In this document: in pieces, positions 25,672-34,790 of the stretch
Position numbering within the stretch: the stretch's first letter is position 1
How the letters are laid out: each line of letters opens with the position of its first letter
NCBI GenBank assembly: GCA_030747675.1
Contig: JASLKH010000080.1
Span: forward strand, 1-34,790
DNA from: Candidatus Thalassarchaeaceae archaeon
GTDB lineage: Archaea > Thermoplasmatota > Poseidoniia > Poseidoniales > Thalassarchaeaceae
DNA: 34,790 bases
Direction of reading: 5' to 3'
Notes under the pieces: model-generated
What the model saw: the letters and a program-made list of their open reading frames with translations, nothing else
What the model was told of the DNA's origin: nothing
Databases searched by the model: none
Position numbers and translations under genes: made by a program

Positions 25672-27018
25672 TTGGCCAAGGGAAAGACCCATTTCTTTTG
25701 CCTCTTTCTACTAAGCGTGACAGTCATTACCCCAGTAGTGATGCTGGCTGATTCTAATGCTCGCGAATATGCTGATTCATACACTCTCTCCCAGTCCAGT
25801 GTAGAGGGGCCCGATTTGCGCATGACAGACTCTATGCGACGTCTTGCAACACCTTGGAACGTAGCAATATCTAGAACTAATTTGATAGATCCTAACTCTT
25901 TACCTGAAGGAATAATTCTTGACCCTGCTTGTGGGAGTGGAACGCAATTAGCAGCTCTGTGTGTTGCCCTAAATCGACCAGGTTTAGGTGTTGAGCTGTC
26001 TGGTGAAGCGGCGCCAATTGCAGCAGTAAATATTGAAGAAGTAGGTAAATGGGACAAAGCAAATTGGCAAATTGCAAGCAGAATTATATGGGGCGATAGC
26101 ATTTCTGCATCTAAAATCATGTATTCATATTCAGAAAGTATTGGGAAAGAGAATCCCCTCATTTCTTTACTTCATATTGATCCAGCACGACCACCTGATG
26201 CTCAAAAACATACAATTGATGAAATGGAACCACCTTTAGATAAATTATTAGCTGCTTGGGCACCATATCTTCAAACAGGAAATTTCTCAGCACCTGCTCT
26301 AATTTTGGATTTATCTCCAAGACTTTCTGAAGACCAGCAAAAGGAAGTAGAAACAATTGTAGATACTATTTGGCCTGAAGCTGAAAAAACGTGGCAATGG
26401 GCTACACAAGGACGCGGACGGATAGATCGACTTTCACTTTGGGTGGGAGCGGTTGCTAGCCCACATCAGAACCGGCTGATCCGTCTTTCAAAAACAGGTA
26501 CTCCTAAATTACTAGAAGGCTCTAAGGAAACCCCAATTTCTGATATTAAAAGTGCTGAAATCGGTGAACATTTGACAATTGTGGACCCCTGTCTAATCGC
26601 CAGTGGTTTGGCAGAGTCGTGGAAGAATATTGCTACATCAAGTGAATCAAGGTGGTACACGATCACAGGTAGAAGGCCAATTTTGATTACCTCAGAGCCC
26701 ATATTATCGAGTTATCATGAATTACATATTCAATTAGAAACATATGATATGATTCATTCATTTGTTCAAATTTCAGGTGAAGTAGTCGCCCACGTACCTC
26801 AATTAGAACATCACTTGATATCCAACATTGCACAGGTAGCGGTCAAAGTAGGATTATCCTCTCTTAAATTACGTTGTACAATTGATCCTGAAATACAGCC
26901 TCAAATGCAGTCTGAAATGGATCGAGAGATGCGCAATTTAACGGTTAAAAATTCCGGAAATGCGGGGTTCATTACAGAAGTCATTGGTGGTTATGTTATT
27001 TGCAGAAGCACCTCTTAA
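25672..27018 (+). CDS. Class I SAM-dependent methyltransferase-like protein
   Basis: Motif I ILDPACGSGTQL, then GLGVELS, IIWGDS and LLHIDPARPP. The start is uncertain and may be ATG 25741 or 25822. Confidence 0.75.
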   Translation: MAKGKTHFFCLFLLSVTVITPVVMLADSNAREYADSYTLSQSSVEGPDLRMTDSMRRLATPWNVAISRTNLIDPNSLPEGIILDPACGSGTQLAALCVALNRPGLGVELSGEAAPIAAVNIEEVGKWDKANWQIASRIIWGDSISASKIMYSYSESIGKENPLISLLHIDPARPPDAQKHTIDEMEPPLDKLLAAWAPYLQTGNFSAPALILDLSPRLSEDQQKEVETIVDTIWPEAEKTWQWATQGRGRIDRLSLWVGAVASPHQNRLIRLSKTGTPKLLEGSKETPISDIKSAEIGEHLTIVDPCLIASGLAESWKNIATSSESRWYTITGRRPILITSEPILSSYHELHIQLETYDMIHSFVQISGEVVAHVPQLEHHLISNIAQVAVKVGLSSLKLRCTIDPEIQPQMQSEMDREMRNLTVKNSGNAGFITEVIGGYVICRSTS

Positions 27019-27132
27019 TTGCCCCGTAGGGGCATCACCAATGCCACAGTGTCGTTCATATAGGGGAGTCGAGTCGGCGAGTTGCTTCACATGAAGCCAC
27101 TGGGCAACTGGTGAACAGGGGAGGACCCAAAA

Positions 27133-27603
27133 ATGGCAAAAATTGACGAATCAGAGCTTGGTGACGATTTCAACTATATCATCAGACTCGCTGATACAGA
27201 CGTAGATGGCTTGACACCAATTGGGATGGGCTTGACGAGTGTTCGAGGAATAGGTGCTCGCACTTCACTCGCCATCTGTGATATAGCAGGTTTAGACAAG
27301 GAAAAAATGGGCGGCCATCTTTCTGAAAAAGAACAAGAAAGCATTCGTGAAGCGATTGAAGCATATCCTACTAAAGTACCACTTTGGATGCTTAATCGTC
27401 AGCGAGACATCGAAACCGGTGATGAACTACACTTATTTTCAATGGATGTGAAGATGACACAGGAGGATGACATTGCTCGCCTTCGAGCAACTAAAGCCTA
27501 CCGAGGTCTTCGCCATGCATCTCGAAAGCGAGTCCGTGGACAACGTACTCGTTCGAACGGACGAACAGGCCTGACACTTGGTGTGCAGCGAAAAAATGCA
27601 TGA
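27133..27603 (+). CDS. rps13: 30S ribosomal protein uS13
   Basis: LTSVRGIG, WMLNRQRD and YRGLRH...VRGQRTRSNGR motifs. Confidence 0.97.
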   Translation: MAKIDESELGDDFNYIIRLADTDVDGLTPIGMGLTSVRGIGARTSLAICDIAGLDKEKMGGHLSEKEQESIREAIEAYPTKVPLWMLNRQRDIETGDELHLFSMDVKMTQEDDIARLRATKAYRGLRHASRKRVRGQRTRSNGRTGLTLGVQRKNA

Positions 27604-27613
27604 GGTGATTTGA

Positions 27614-28240
27614 ATGGGACATCCAAAATTTGCACGACCTAAATACGATACTCCTACACATCCTTGGAAAAAAGCCCGTATTGAAGAAGAACACGATCTT
27701 AAGGAACAATATGGGTTGAAAAAGATTGGTGGGATGAAAGAAATTTGGAAGGCAAAATCCAAACTCCGCCGCTGGAGACAAAATGCAATGAAACTGATAG
27801 GTAGAGTTGATACATCGGAAGGTCATTTCTCAAGAGAGAAAGCAGATCTCATAAGTTCTCTTTATCGTCGTGGCTTGCTTGGTGACGGTGCATCTCTTGA
27901 CGATATTTTACAAATTAATGTGCACCACGTACTCAGCCGTCGTTTGCAAAGTCAGGTTTACTATCATGGACTAGCATCCTCGCCGCGTCAGGCACGTCAG
28001 TTAGTGATTCATGGTCACATTGCAATAGGGGACCAGAAAATGACAGTACCAAGTTACATTATTTCTCGAGATGAAGAGAGTATTTTGTCATATCACCACA
28101 CCTCACCTCTGAATGATTCAAATCATTCAATAAGGAAGGAAATTGAAGATATTCGTGCAACAGCAGAATATGGTGAAGATGAAAGTGTGGCTGAAGAACA
28201 AGTGGCTGGCGAATCTGATCAAAAAGGGGGCGATGAATGA
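27614..28240 (+). CDS. rps4: 30S ribosomal protein uS4
   Basis: MGHPKF...[15 protein letters not shown] and [13 protein letters not shown] motifs. Confidence 0.97.
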   Translation: MGHPKFARPKYDTPTHPWKKARIEEEHDLKEQYGLKKIGGMKEIWKAKSKLRRWRQNAMKLIGRVDTSEGHFSREKADLISSLYRRGLLGDGASLDDILQINVHHVLSRRLQSQVYYHGLASSPRQARQLVIHGHIAIGDQKMTVPSYIISRDEESILSYHHTSPLNDSNHSIRKEIEDIRATAEYGEDESVAEEQVAGESDQKGGDE

Positions 28241-28623
28241 TGTCGCACAAGGCAGTTTTGCATATCTACAGTTCATACAATAATGTGCTACTAACAGCTA
28301 CTGATTTGACTGGTGCGGAGACCCTTGCTAAGATTAGTGGCGGGCAGGTCACTAAGAAAGCCAGTGATGCTGGAGGCCAGTTCGCAGCAACTCGAGCAGC
28401 AGAGCAAATTGCTGACATGCTGCGTGAGAAAGAATTCACACAAGTGATTGTGAAGTATCGTGGCGTTGGTGGGAATAAATCACCAAATACAGGGCCAGGT
28501 GCCCAGGCTGCAATTCGAGCTTTAACTCGGGCAGGGATGACTATTACTCGTATTGAGGATGTAACACCTATTCCTCATGATGGAACGAAGAAGAAAGGAG
28601 GCCGTAGAGGCCGACGTGTATGA
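28237..28623 (+). CDS. rps11: 30S ribosomal protein uS11
   Basis: [19 protein letters not shown] and [12 protein letters not shown]...GGRRGRRV motifs. Confidence 0.97.
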   Translation: MMSHKAVLHIYSSYNNVLLTATDLTGAETLAKISGGQVTKKASDAGGQFAATRAAEQIADMLREKEFTQVIVKYRGVGGNKSPNTGPGAQAAIRALTRAGMTITRIEDVTPIPHDGTKKKGGRRGRRV

Positions 28624-28638
28624 TTTGGATGTGAAGAT

Positions 28639-29529
28639 ATGGTAAAGATCGAAATTATTGAAGAACGTGACAATCATCTTACGATGTTGCTTAAGGACAC
28701 TGATAGAGCGTTAGCAAGTGCTCTTCGCAGAACACTAATGTCTGATGTATCTAAAATGGCAATTCACAAGGTGCGTTTCGAATTGGGTACCGTAGAGGAT
28801 AATAACACAGGGGAAGTTTTTGAGTCAGTGGGTTCAATCCCTGATGAAGTAGTTGCCCACCGATTAGCAATGGTTCCAATTCCGACATTCCATGAAGACT
28901 TTTGCTTTCTAGAAGACGACCCAGCAAACGACGGTTTGCCTAGGGATGAATGGGGCAGCCCAGCCAGTCAGGTAATCTATCATTGCAGTGTTAGGGGCAC
29001 AGAAGAAGGCAATCTTGTTACAGCTAGAGATTTGAATGTTTTAGGAGAAGATAAGTTACAAATTCCTGATGAATACAGGGCAATACCAATCACAAAGTTG
29101 TTTGCAGGTCAGTATTTGGAATTCTATGCGTACGCTGTTCTTGGGCGTGGTAGAGACCACGCAAAGTGGAACCCTGTTGCTGGAGTTTCCTTCACTGCAC
29201 GACGTATTGCAAAAATCGAAAAGCCTAGGAAGGCAAAGGTATTGTGGGATTTAGATCTTGGAATTACTTCCAAGGATTTCAAAAGCGGAAAGCTTGATGA
29301 TATTCAAAAAGTGGAGTTACTCTTACGTGAAATGCACCATGTAGGAGATGGAACTGCAAGAATTGCGGATTTCGATGATGCAATTACATTTGAAAATGTA
29401 CCAGGGGAATTCATATTCAGTTACGATACCGACGGTTCTATGTCTGCTCGTACTGCTTTCAATGAAGCGTGCAAGGAACTAGCTGTTAGATTTGCTGGAA
29501 TCACATTTCAATTTTCAGAAACTCTTTGA
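28639..29529 (+). CDS. rpoD: DNA-directed RNA polymerase subunit D (Rpo3)
   Basis: ASALRRTLMS, DEVVAHRLAMVPI and GRGRDHAKWNP motifs, in the conserved position after rps11. Confidence 0.94.
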   Translation: MVKIEIIEERDNHLTMLLKDTDRALASALRRTLMSDVSKMAIHKVRFELGTVEDNNTGEVFESVGSIPDEVVAHRLAMVPIPTFHEDFCFLEDDPANDGLPRDEWGSPASQVIYHCSVRGTEEGNLVTARDLNVLGEDKLQIPDEYRAIPITKLFAGQYLEFYAYAVLGRGRDHAKWNPVAGVSFTARRIAKIEKPRKAKVLWDLDLGITSKDFKSGKLDDIQKVELLLREMHHVGDGTARIADFDDAITFENVPGEFIFSYDTDGSMSARTAFNEACKELAVRFAGITFQFSETL

Positions 29530-29562
29530 ATAGTTATTGAATAAATTACAGATTGTGGTAAT

Positions 29563-30561
29563 ATGCTTGAAGGATCCGCCCACGTGGGTGGTCACGTCAC
29601 ATTGATTTTCAGTGTTCACGACGACTTTGAAAAATTAGTTGATCAAGGGAGCCGTGGTGCTGGGTTTTCATTAGATACAGGCATTCAAATAATTGCTTGT
29701 GGAATTTCTGGTAGCGGCAAGGTTTCAGTCGACGGCTATCCATCTGATATCACCCTTCATCAATTGGTGATTGAGGAAATTAGCATATTTGATCCAGACG
29801 TGAAATCTTTTGATTGGAACTTAAAACAACAAACCCGTTTACCCCATTCACAAGGATTTGGTCTCTCTGCTGCAGGAGCAATTGCAAGTGCTCTAGCAAT
29901 TCAACGAGCAATGAACATCTCTGAAAAAATTGCTCGTGCACAATCGTTACATATCGCCCATCGAGTTGAACGTAAATTATCAGGAGGCCTTGGCGATGTT
30001 GCAGCATTGTATGCTGGCGGTGTTGAATTACGGATAGAACCGGGATGCCCCCCTCTCCTTCAAGAATTAGGAGGTGGTGGCGCAATAGTCTCTTGGTTTT
30101 CAGAGATACCAGTTGTAGTTTGTTGGAGAAAATCAGCAAGTCAACATACATCAAATTACATTGATGACGGTGAATGGAAATTAGCAATAAGAGCCGCTGG
30201 TGAGGCAGCAATTTCTGGATTGCGTGAAGGAGTGTGGGAATCCGTTCGATGGGGAGAATTACTGGATGAAGCCGCCAATTTCTCTAAAAATTCAGGTTTA
30301 TTGGATGATTCTAATCGGATTGATTTATTGCATCAAGTAGGTGGAGCGATGATTTCTTCGGGGTTAGTGAATTCATCTTTGGCAGCAAGGTTATGCATGC
30401 TTGGTGAGAGTGTTGTGATATTACCTAATGATATTAAAAACACCGATTTTGTAAATTGGCAATCGATATTAGTTGAATCGTTGGAGCAGCGAGGACTAGG
30501 GGCACTGGCGGTGAACATTTCTGACGACGCTCTCAATCTTCAGATTCTCTCTCCGAATTGA
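29563..30561 (+). CDS. Pantoate kinase (archaeal GHMP kinase family)
   Basis: GHVTLIF, GSRGAGFSL, GFGLSAAGA and GGLGDV motifs. Confidence 0.85.
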   Translation: MLEGSAHVGGHVTLIFSVHDDFEKLVDQGSRGAGFSLDTGIQIIACGISGSGKVSVDGYPSDITLHQLVIEEISIFDPDVKSFDWNLKQQTRLPHSQGFGLSAAGAIASALAIQRAMNISEKIARAQSLHIAHRVERKLSGGLGDVAALYAGGVELRIEPGCPPLLQELGGGGAIVSWFSEIPVVVCWRKSASQHTSNYIDDGEWKLAIRAAGEAAISGLREGVWESVRWGELLDEAANFSKNSGLLDDSNRIDLLHQVGGAMISSGLVNSSLAARLCMLGESVVILPNDIKNTDFVNWQSILVESLEQRGLGALAVNISDDALNLQILSPN

Positions 30562-31648
30562 GGCGTTGATTGTGTTCTATTAATTCAGTTAAATCAATTG
30601 GGCTTGCATCTAATAAAACAGCACCTTTAAGGCGTAATCCATCACAAAAACCATGCCTGAAAATAATTGCGCCATGGCCCCATTCCTCTACATATCGATT
30701 CACTTGTTTTTGCGTTTTTTTCCTTTGGAATGAGAGGTTAGCCCCATAGAAGTGTTTAGCATCAATCCATGCAACGGGTACACCATTAATTTCAACATAA
30801 TCTAACATCAATAAATCAGGTGTTTTTACAGGCCTACCTTCTGCCGCCACCTGCTCCTTGAGAAGGTCTGATTGAGTTCTGAAACGTATATCATTTTCTT
30901 CAAAGTAATCACAAAGCATCTTTTCAAAAAGATCAGCAGCATGATGAGTTTCACTTTGGTTGACATGTGTTACCCGATCCTCAGCCTCAGCCCTTTTGAA
31001 TTCCTTCAGATCTCTTTCATTGAATTTTTTCTCTGGTTCCCGTAGAGCATCTTTAATTCTATTTTTTGACCAATTTTTAGCTGTTAGAATTGCTCTGAAT
31101 ATATTGACTGGAGGAAAATCGAAGCGTTTCGACAAAGAAACGACACTTTCCCCACTATCATATCTCCGTCGCATTTCTGTAGCACGGCGCTGTAATCTCC
31201 CATGACTGAACACTGCTTTTTCTTGATTAAGGGCAGCACGTAAACTGAGGGCCTGTTCAAGGCTAATGGGGCGCTTACCGATTAATTTCGCGATTTCGTC
31301 AACACGCTCATCATCTAAAAATCCAAATTCCCCTGGTCGGACAACGATATCATGCATTTCTCGCTCAATTTTCGATGGAACAGGATTCAGTTTCCAGTCT
31401 ATTGACACATTTCTTGGAGGAGGATTAATTTCAACTTCTAATCCCAGTGGTGTTGGTGATGCTTCAAATCGTAATTTTGCACGTTTGATTGTTTCGTTAT
31501 CTGAGGAATGCTTCTTTTTCTTTGATATCCCACTACCTCTTTTCCTTGAACGGCTTTTCTTTGGACTTCTTTGCCGATTAGATGCATCGTTTGATGCATT
31601 GGAATTAGAGGTAGCAGAACCCGAATTCGATTTCTTCTCTGTACTCAC
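30533..31648 (-). CDS. TPD-motif PD-(D/E)xK nuclease similar to CDIN1 (C15orf41)
   Basis: KTPDLL...VAWIDAKHFYG...QVNRYVEEWGHGAIIF motif order matches the CDIN1/TPD family, preceded by helical HTH-like segments. Confidence 0.78.
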   Translation of the reverse strand: MSTEKKSNSGSATSNSNASNDASNRQRSPKKSRSRKRGSGISKKKKHSSDNETIKRAKLRFEASPTPLGLEVEINPPPRNVSIDWKLNPVPSKIEREMHDIVVRPGEFGFLDDERVDEIAKLIGKRPISLEQALSLRAALNQEKAVFSHGRLQRRATEMRRRYDSGESVVSLSKRFDFPPVNIFRAILTAKNWSKNRIKDALREPEKKFNERDLKEFKRAEAEDRVTHVNQSETHHAADLFEKMLCDYFEENDIRFRTQSDLLKEQVAAEGRPVKTPDLLMLDYVEINGVPVAWIDAKHFYGANLSFQRKKTQKQVNRYVEEWGHGAIIFRHGFCDGLRLKGAVLLDASPIDLTELIEHNQRLNSERESED

Positions 31649-31752
31649 TATCCCTTGCCAACAATAGAGGGTTCATGAATTCGTAGGAGGCACCCATGTC
31701 TTCTCAAAGTATATTCTAAAGACAGAGAATTTCGAATACTATGAGTTTCTGA

Positions 31753-34626
31753 TTATTGCCAAGCAATCCCAGGTTCTAGTGGAATACTATTTCTCGCTTT
31801 TCCAGCAATGTCTTCTCCATCACCAGCCTGATACACATCAACTATTGGAACCCCCAATGCATCAGCAATAAATTGAGAGTTTTCTTTGAGAAAAGAAACC
31901 TCTTCTAATTCACCAGATATCAAATCATTTTCCCGCATCCCCCATGTGTAAATTCGCCCTCGACGCTTTTTCTGCCCTATTACAATCGAGCGCCAATATT
32001 GCATTACTTCTGCTCTTATATCTTCATTTTGAAAACAAGGTTGTGTATGTAAAAACTTGTTACCTCCTTCTTTAAAATCAAATCCATCTTGTAGCATACT
32101 TATTGCAGATGTTGCCAGATTAATTTTCCATTCTTGAGCAGTTTGAATAATTACTTTCGATAGTTCACCTTCAGTATGTCTTTCAGCCAATTCCCGCACA
32201 CTTCTGGCACGATCAATGACTTTTCTTAGATATTCTTCACGAGATAAAATGATTCGGTCACCATCATCTTTTTCAGAATCCATATCCATATTTGTTTGTG
32301 CTAGCATTAGATTGTTCCCCATCAATTCCCATATTTCTTCTGCTAAATGTGGTGTGGTGGGATAGAGCATAGGGACCCATATTTTCAGGAACTGCATTGC
32401 CCCATCACAACTAATCTCTCCTCTTCTCTGAGCCCATTGCCAATCTGATAGCATCTCAAAGTGACTCAACATCACTCCATCTCTGAGACTTACATTGGTC
32501 ATATATTCGGCCCAATTCTTTGAATTCAACCTCGCTCTTGCCAATAACCATTTTTCTCCTGAGGAGTTTGACTTTAGCGACGGATCTTCCGCAATTTCGA
32601 TAGCTTGGATAAGTGCCCCATAAATTGAGTTCATTTGCTTGAAATTTGAGTCAATAGCTGAATCTGACCATTCCATACCGGCCTCAGGATTTGCTCCGAA
32701 TAAAATAAACAAGCGCACAGTATCCGCACCATATTTTTCAATCATAATTTCAGGACTCACAGTGTTACCCAAACTCTTACTCATTTTCGCCGACCTTGAG
32801 CCCAATTTGTTATCACATAATGGGCATTGCTGACCATCTAAATCGACATGGTGCTCTACGTTACATTCTGTACAGTATGGGGTAGGGGCATTTACCATTC
32901 CTTGACAAACAAGTCGTGAGAATGGTTCAGAAACATCGTTTAAACCAGCATCCCGAAGTGCTTTTGTAAAGAATCTTGCATATAGTAAATGCATGACGGC
33001 ATGTTCTATTCCACCGATGTAAAGATCAACTCCGTTTTCCATCCAATAATCTGCTTTGCTCTTATTGAATGGCGCTGATTGGTTCTGCGCATCAGTAAAT
33101 CTCAAGAAGTACCACGATGAATCATAGAATGTATCCATTGTATCTGTTTCCCGTTTCGCTGGAGAACCACATTTTGGACAATTCGTATTCACGAAACCTT
33201 CGTGAGAAGCTAATGGGTTTCCAGATTCCCCCTCTGTGAATACAACCTCGAGTGGTAATTCGATTGGTAAATCATTTTCAGGTACAGGAATCATTCCACA
33301 TTCATTACAATGAATGAAAGGAATTGGAGTGCCCCAGAAACGTTGCCTACTTAGCAACCAATCTTTCAGACGATATTGAGTAGTTCCCCCTCCCATCCCT
33401 TTACTTTTCAATTCCTCAATAATTGCTGATTTGGCCTCTTCACCATACAGTCCATCAAATCTAGGTTGACCTGAATTAACCATCCACCCTAATCCTTCAA
33501 AGGCGCGTCCAGTAACTTTCGGTTCTTTTCCTTCTTCTTCCGAAAGGACTTGCACAATTTGAATATCATATTTTTTTGCAAAATCATGATCTCGTTGATC
33601 ATGTCCAGGTACAGCCATCACAGCACCGGTTCCATAGGAACCGACGACGAAATTACCTGCATAGATTGGCAATTCTTTTCCAGTCAGTGGATTGGTTGCA
33701 TAGCGGCCTAAGAAAACACCTTTCTTTTCTTTCAACATGTTGATTCGGTCAAATTCAGACATTCTTGCACATTCATCCGCCAGTTCTCTGTAATCAGCTT
33801 CGTATTCGGTACCTGTAACTAAAGTTTCACACAGTGTATGTTCGGGTGCCAATGTGACGAATGTCACTCCAAAGATTGTATCGGGTCTAGTGGTAAATAC
33901 TTTGATTATTTCATCACTTTCAATGACTGAGAAGCAGATATCTGCACCATGAGACCGCCCAATCCAATTGCGCTGCATAGCTTTTACATTTTCAGGAAAT
34001 TCAATATTGTCTAACTCATCAAGTAACTCATCAGCATAATTTGTCATTTTCAGCCACCAACTTGGGAAGTATTTCTGCCGTACTTCATCAGCACATCTCC
34101 AGCAGCGGTTATTTTTTACTTGTTCATTTGCCAATACAGTATCACAAGAATCACACCAATTGGTTGGTGCAGTTCGACGTACTACCAACCCCATCTCATA
34201 AAATTTGAGAAATATCCATTGGTTCCAATGATAATATGTGGAATTGCTTGTAGCCAATTCCCTTCTCCAGTCGTATGAAAACCCCATACGATTAAGATCA
34301 GTTCGGATACTCTCTATATTTGACCATGTCACGTCATGAGGGTGTCCCCCAATTTTCCTTGCAGCATTTTCCGCAGGCAGTCCAAATGAATCATAACCCA
34401 TTGGGTAGAGTACATTGTACCCAGCTAAGCGTCGAAAGCGAGCCATGCTATCGCCAATACTGTAATTGCGCACGTGACCCATATGCATTTTTCCACTAGG
34501 ATATGGGAACATTTCTAAGCAGTAGAATTTTGGTTTATTTTCATCAACATCACTATCGAAAACGGAATTTTCATTCCATGCTACCTGCCACTTAGGCTCA
34601 ATTGAAGCAGGTTGGTATTCCTTCAT
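31753..34626 (-). CDS. leuS: Leucine--tRNA ligase
   Basis: MFPYPSGKMHMGHVRNY (HIGH), editing-domain TTRPDT and GTGAVMAVPGHDQRD, WLLSRQRFWG and KMSKS. Start set at ATG 34626. Confidence 0.97.
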   Translation of the reverse strand: MKEYQPASIEPKWQVAWNENSVFDSDVDENKPKFYCLEMFPYPSGKMHMGHVRNYSIGDSMARFRRLAGYNVLYPMGYDSFGLPAENAARKIGGHPHDVTWSNIESIRTDLNRMGFSYDWRRELATSNSTYYHWNQWIFLKFYEMGLVVRRTAPTNWCDSCDTVLANEQVKNNRCWRCADEVRQKYFPSWWLKMTNYADELLDELDNIEFPENVKAMQRNWIGRSHGADICFSVIESDEIIKVFTTRPDTIFGVTFVTLAPEHTLCETLVTGTEYEADYRELADECARMSEFDRINMLKEKKGVFLGRYATNPLTGKELPIYAGNFVVGSYGTGAVMAVPGHDQRDHDFAKKYDIQIVQVLSEEEGKEPKVTGRAFEGLGWMVNSGQPRFDGLYGEEAKSAIIEELKSKGMGGGTTQYRLKDWLLSRQRFWGTPIPFIHCNECGMIPVPENDLPIELPLEVVFTEGESGNPLASHEGFVNTNCPKCGSPAKRETDTMDTFYDSSWYFLRFTDAQNQSAPFNKSKADYWMENGVDLYIGGIEHAVMHLLYARFFTKALRDAGLNDVSEPFSRLVCQGMVNAPTPYCTECNVEHHVDLDGQQCPLCDNKLGSRSAKMSKSLGNTVSPEIMIEKYGADTVRLFILFGANPEAGMEWSDSAIDSNFKQMNSIYGALIQAIEIAEDPSLKSNSSGEKWLLARARLNSKNWAEYMTNVSLRDGVMLSHFEMLSDWQWAQRRGEISCDGAMQFLKIWVPMLYPTTPHLAEEIWELMGNNLMLAQTNMDMDSEKDDGDRIILSREEYLRKVIDRARSVRELAERHTEGELSKVIIQTAQEWKINLATSAISMLQDGFDFKEGGNKFLHTQPCFQNEDIRAEVMQYWRSIVIGQKKRRGRIYTWGMRENDLISGELEEVSFLKENSQFIADALGVPIVDVYQAGDGEDIAGKARNSIPLEPGIAWQ

Positions 34627-34710
34627 GCCATTTCCTCGCATGCACGTGCACCGTAGGTGCACGACCTGCCGACCTTGGTGCTATTCTTGAAGGAACCGCC
34701 AATAATCTGG

Positions 34711-34790
34711 TTATTCCACATCAATATCGTACTCGGTACTATTTACCAAGAAGATGGCTTCTCGGGTTAACTGATAGCGATATCGCATCC
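34711..34790 (-). CDS. Possible 3' end of an upstream gene truncated by the window edge
   Basis: Open frame reading ...MRYRYQLTREAIFLVNSTEYDIDVE*, ending at TAA 34711-34713. Too short to identify. Confidence 0.3.
   Translation of the reverse strand, partial: MRYRYQLTREAIFLVNSTEYDIDVE

Noticed and set aside
7281-33000. Numerous 60-175 aa antisense and alternate-frame ORFs inside long genes (e.g. 12750-13118, 14242-14694, 17761-18210, 18566-19090)
   Set aside because: Shadow ORFs opposite well-supported genes, with no independent motifs.

Overview
This is an archaeal chromosomal window, most likely Marine Group II (Ca. Poseidoniales, Thermoplasmatota). That assignment is inferred from the archaeal PolD DP2, PriL, Rpo3 and pantoate kinase genes alongside several bacterial-type enzymes. 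Most of it is housekeeping: aquaporin (partial), M32 carboxypeptidase, a beta-propeller protein, fumC, cyclophilin, pyrE, polC (DP2), MptE-like, priL, DUF373, CBS protein, glmM-like, GlmU-like acetyltransferase, pckA, a giant membrane protein, an FKBP-like protein, a methyltransferase, rps13-rps4-rps11-rpoD, pantoate kinase, a CDIN1/TPD-like nuclease and leuS. The standout is the ~920-nt non-coding interval at 3277-4197. On the + strand it folds into a dense array of hairpins, 13 of them capped by GNRA or UNCG tetraloops. It has its own TATA-like element, a pyrimidine/U-rich 3' end and candidate long-range pseudoknots. Several motifs recall group IIB intron domains I-II, but I find no catalytic domain V and no credible ORF, so it is a candidate undescribed large structured ncRNA. 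Secondary highlights are a fumarase fused to an N-terminal ribbon-helix-helix DNA-binding domain, a CDIN1 (C15orf41)-like nuclease, and a bacterial-core/archaeal-tail chimeric LeuRS. No CRISPR array, tRNA, rRNA or transposase was seen. All family calls come from motif recognition by eye; no database searches were run.
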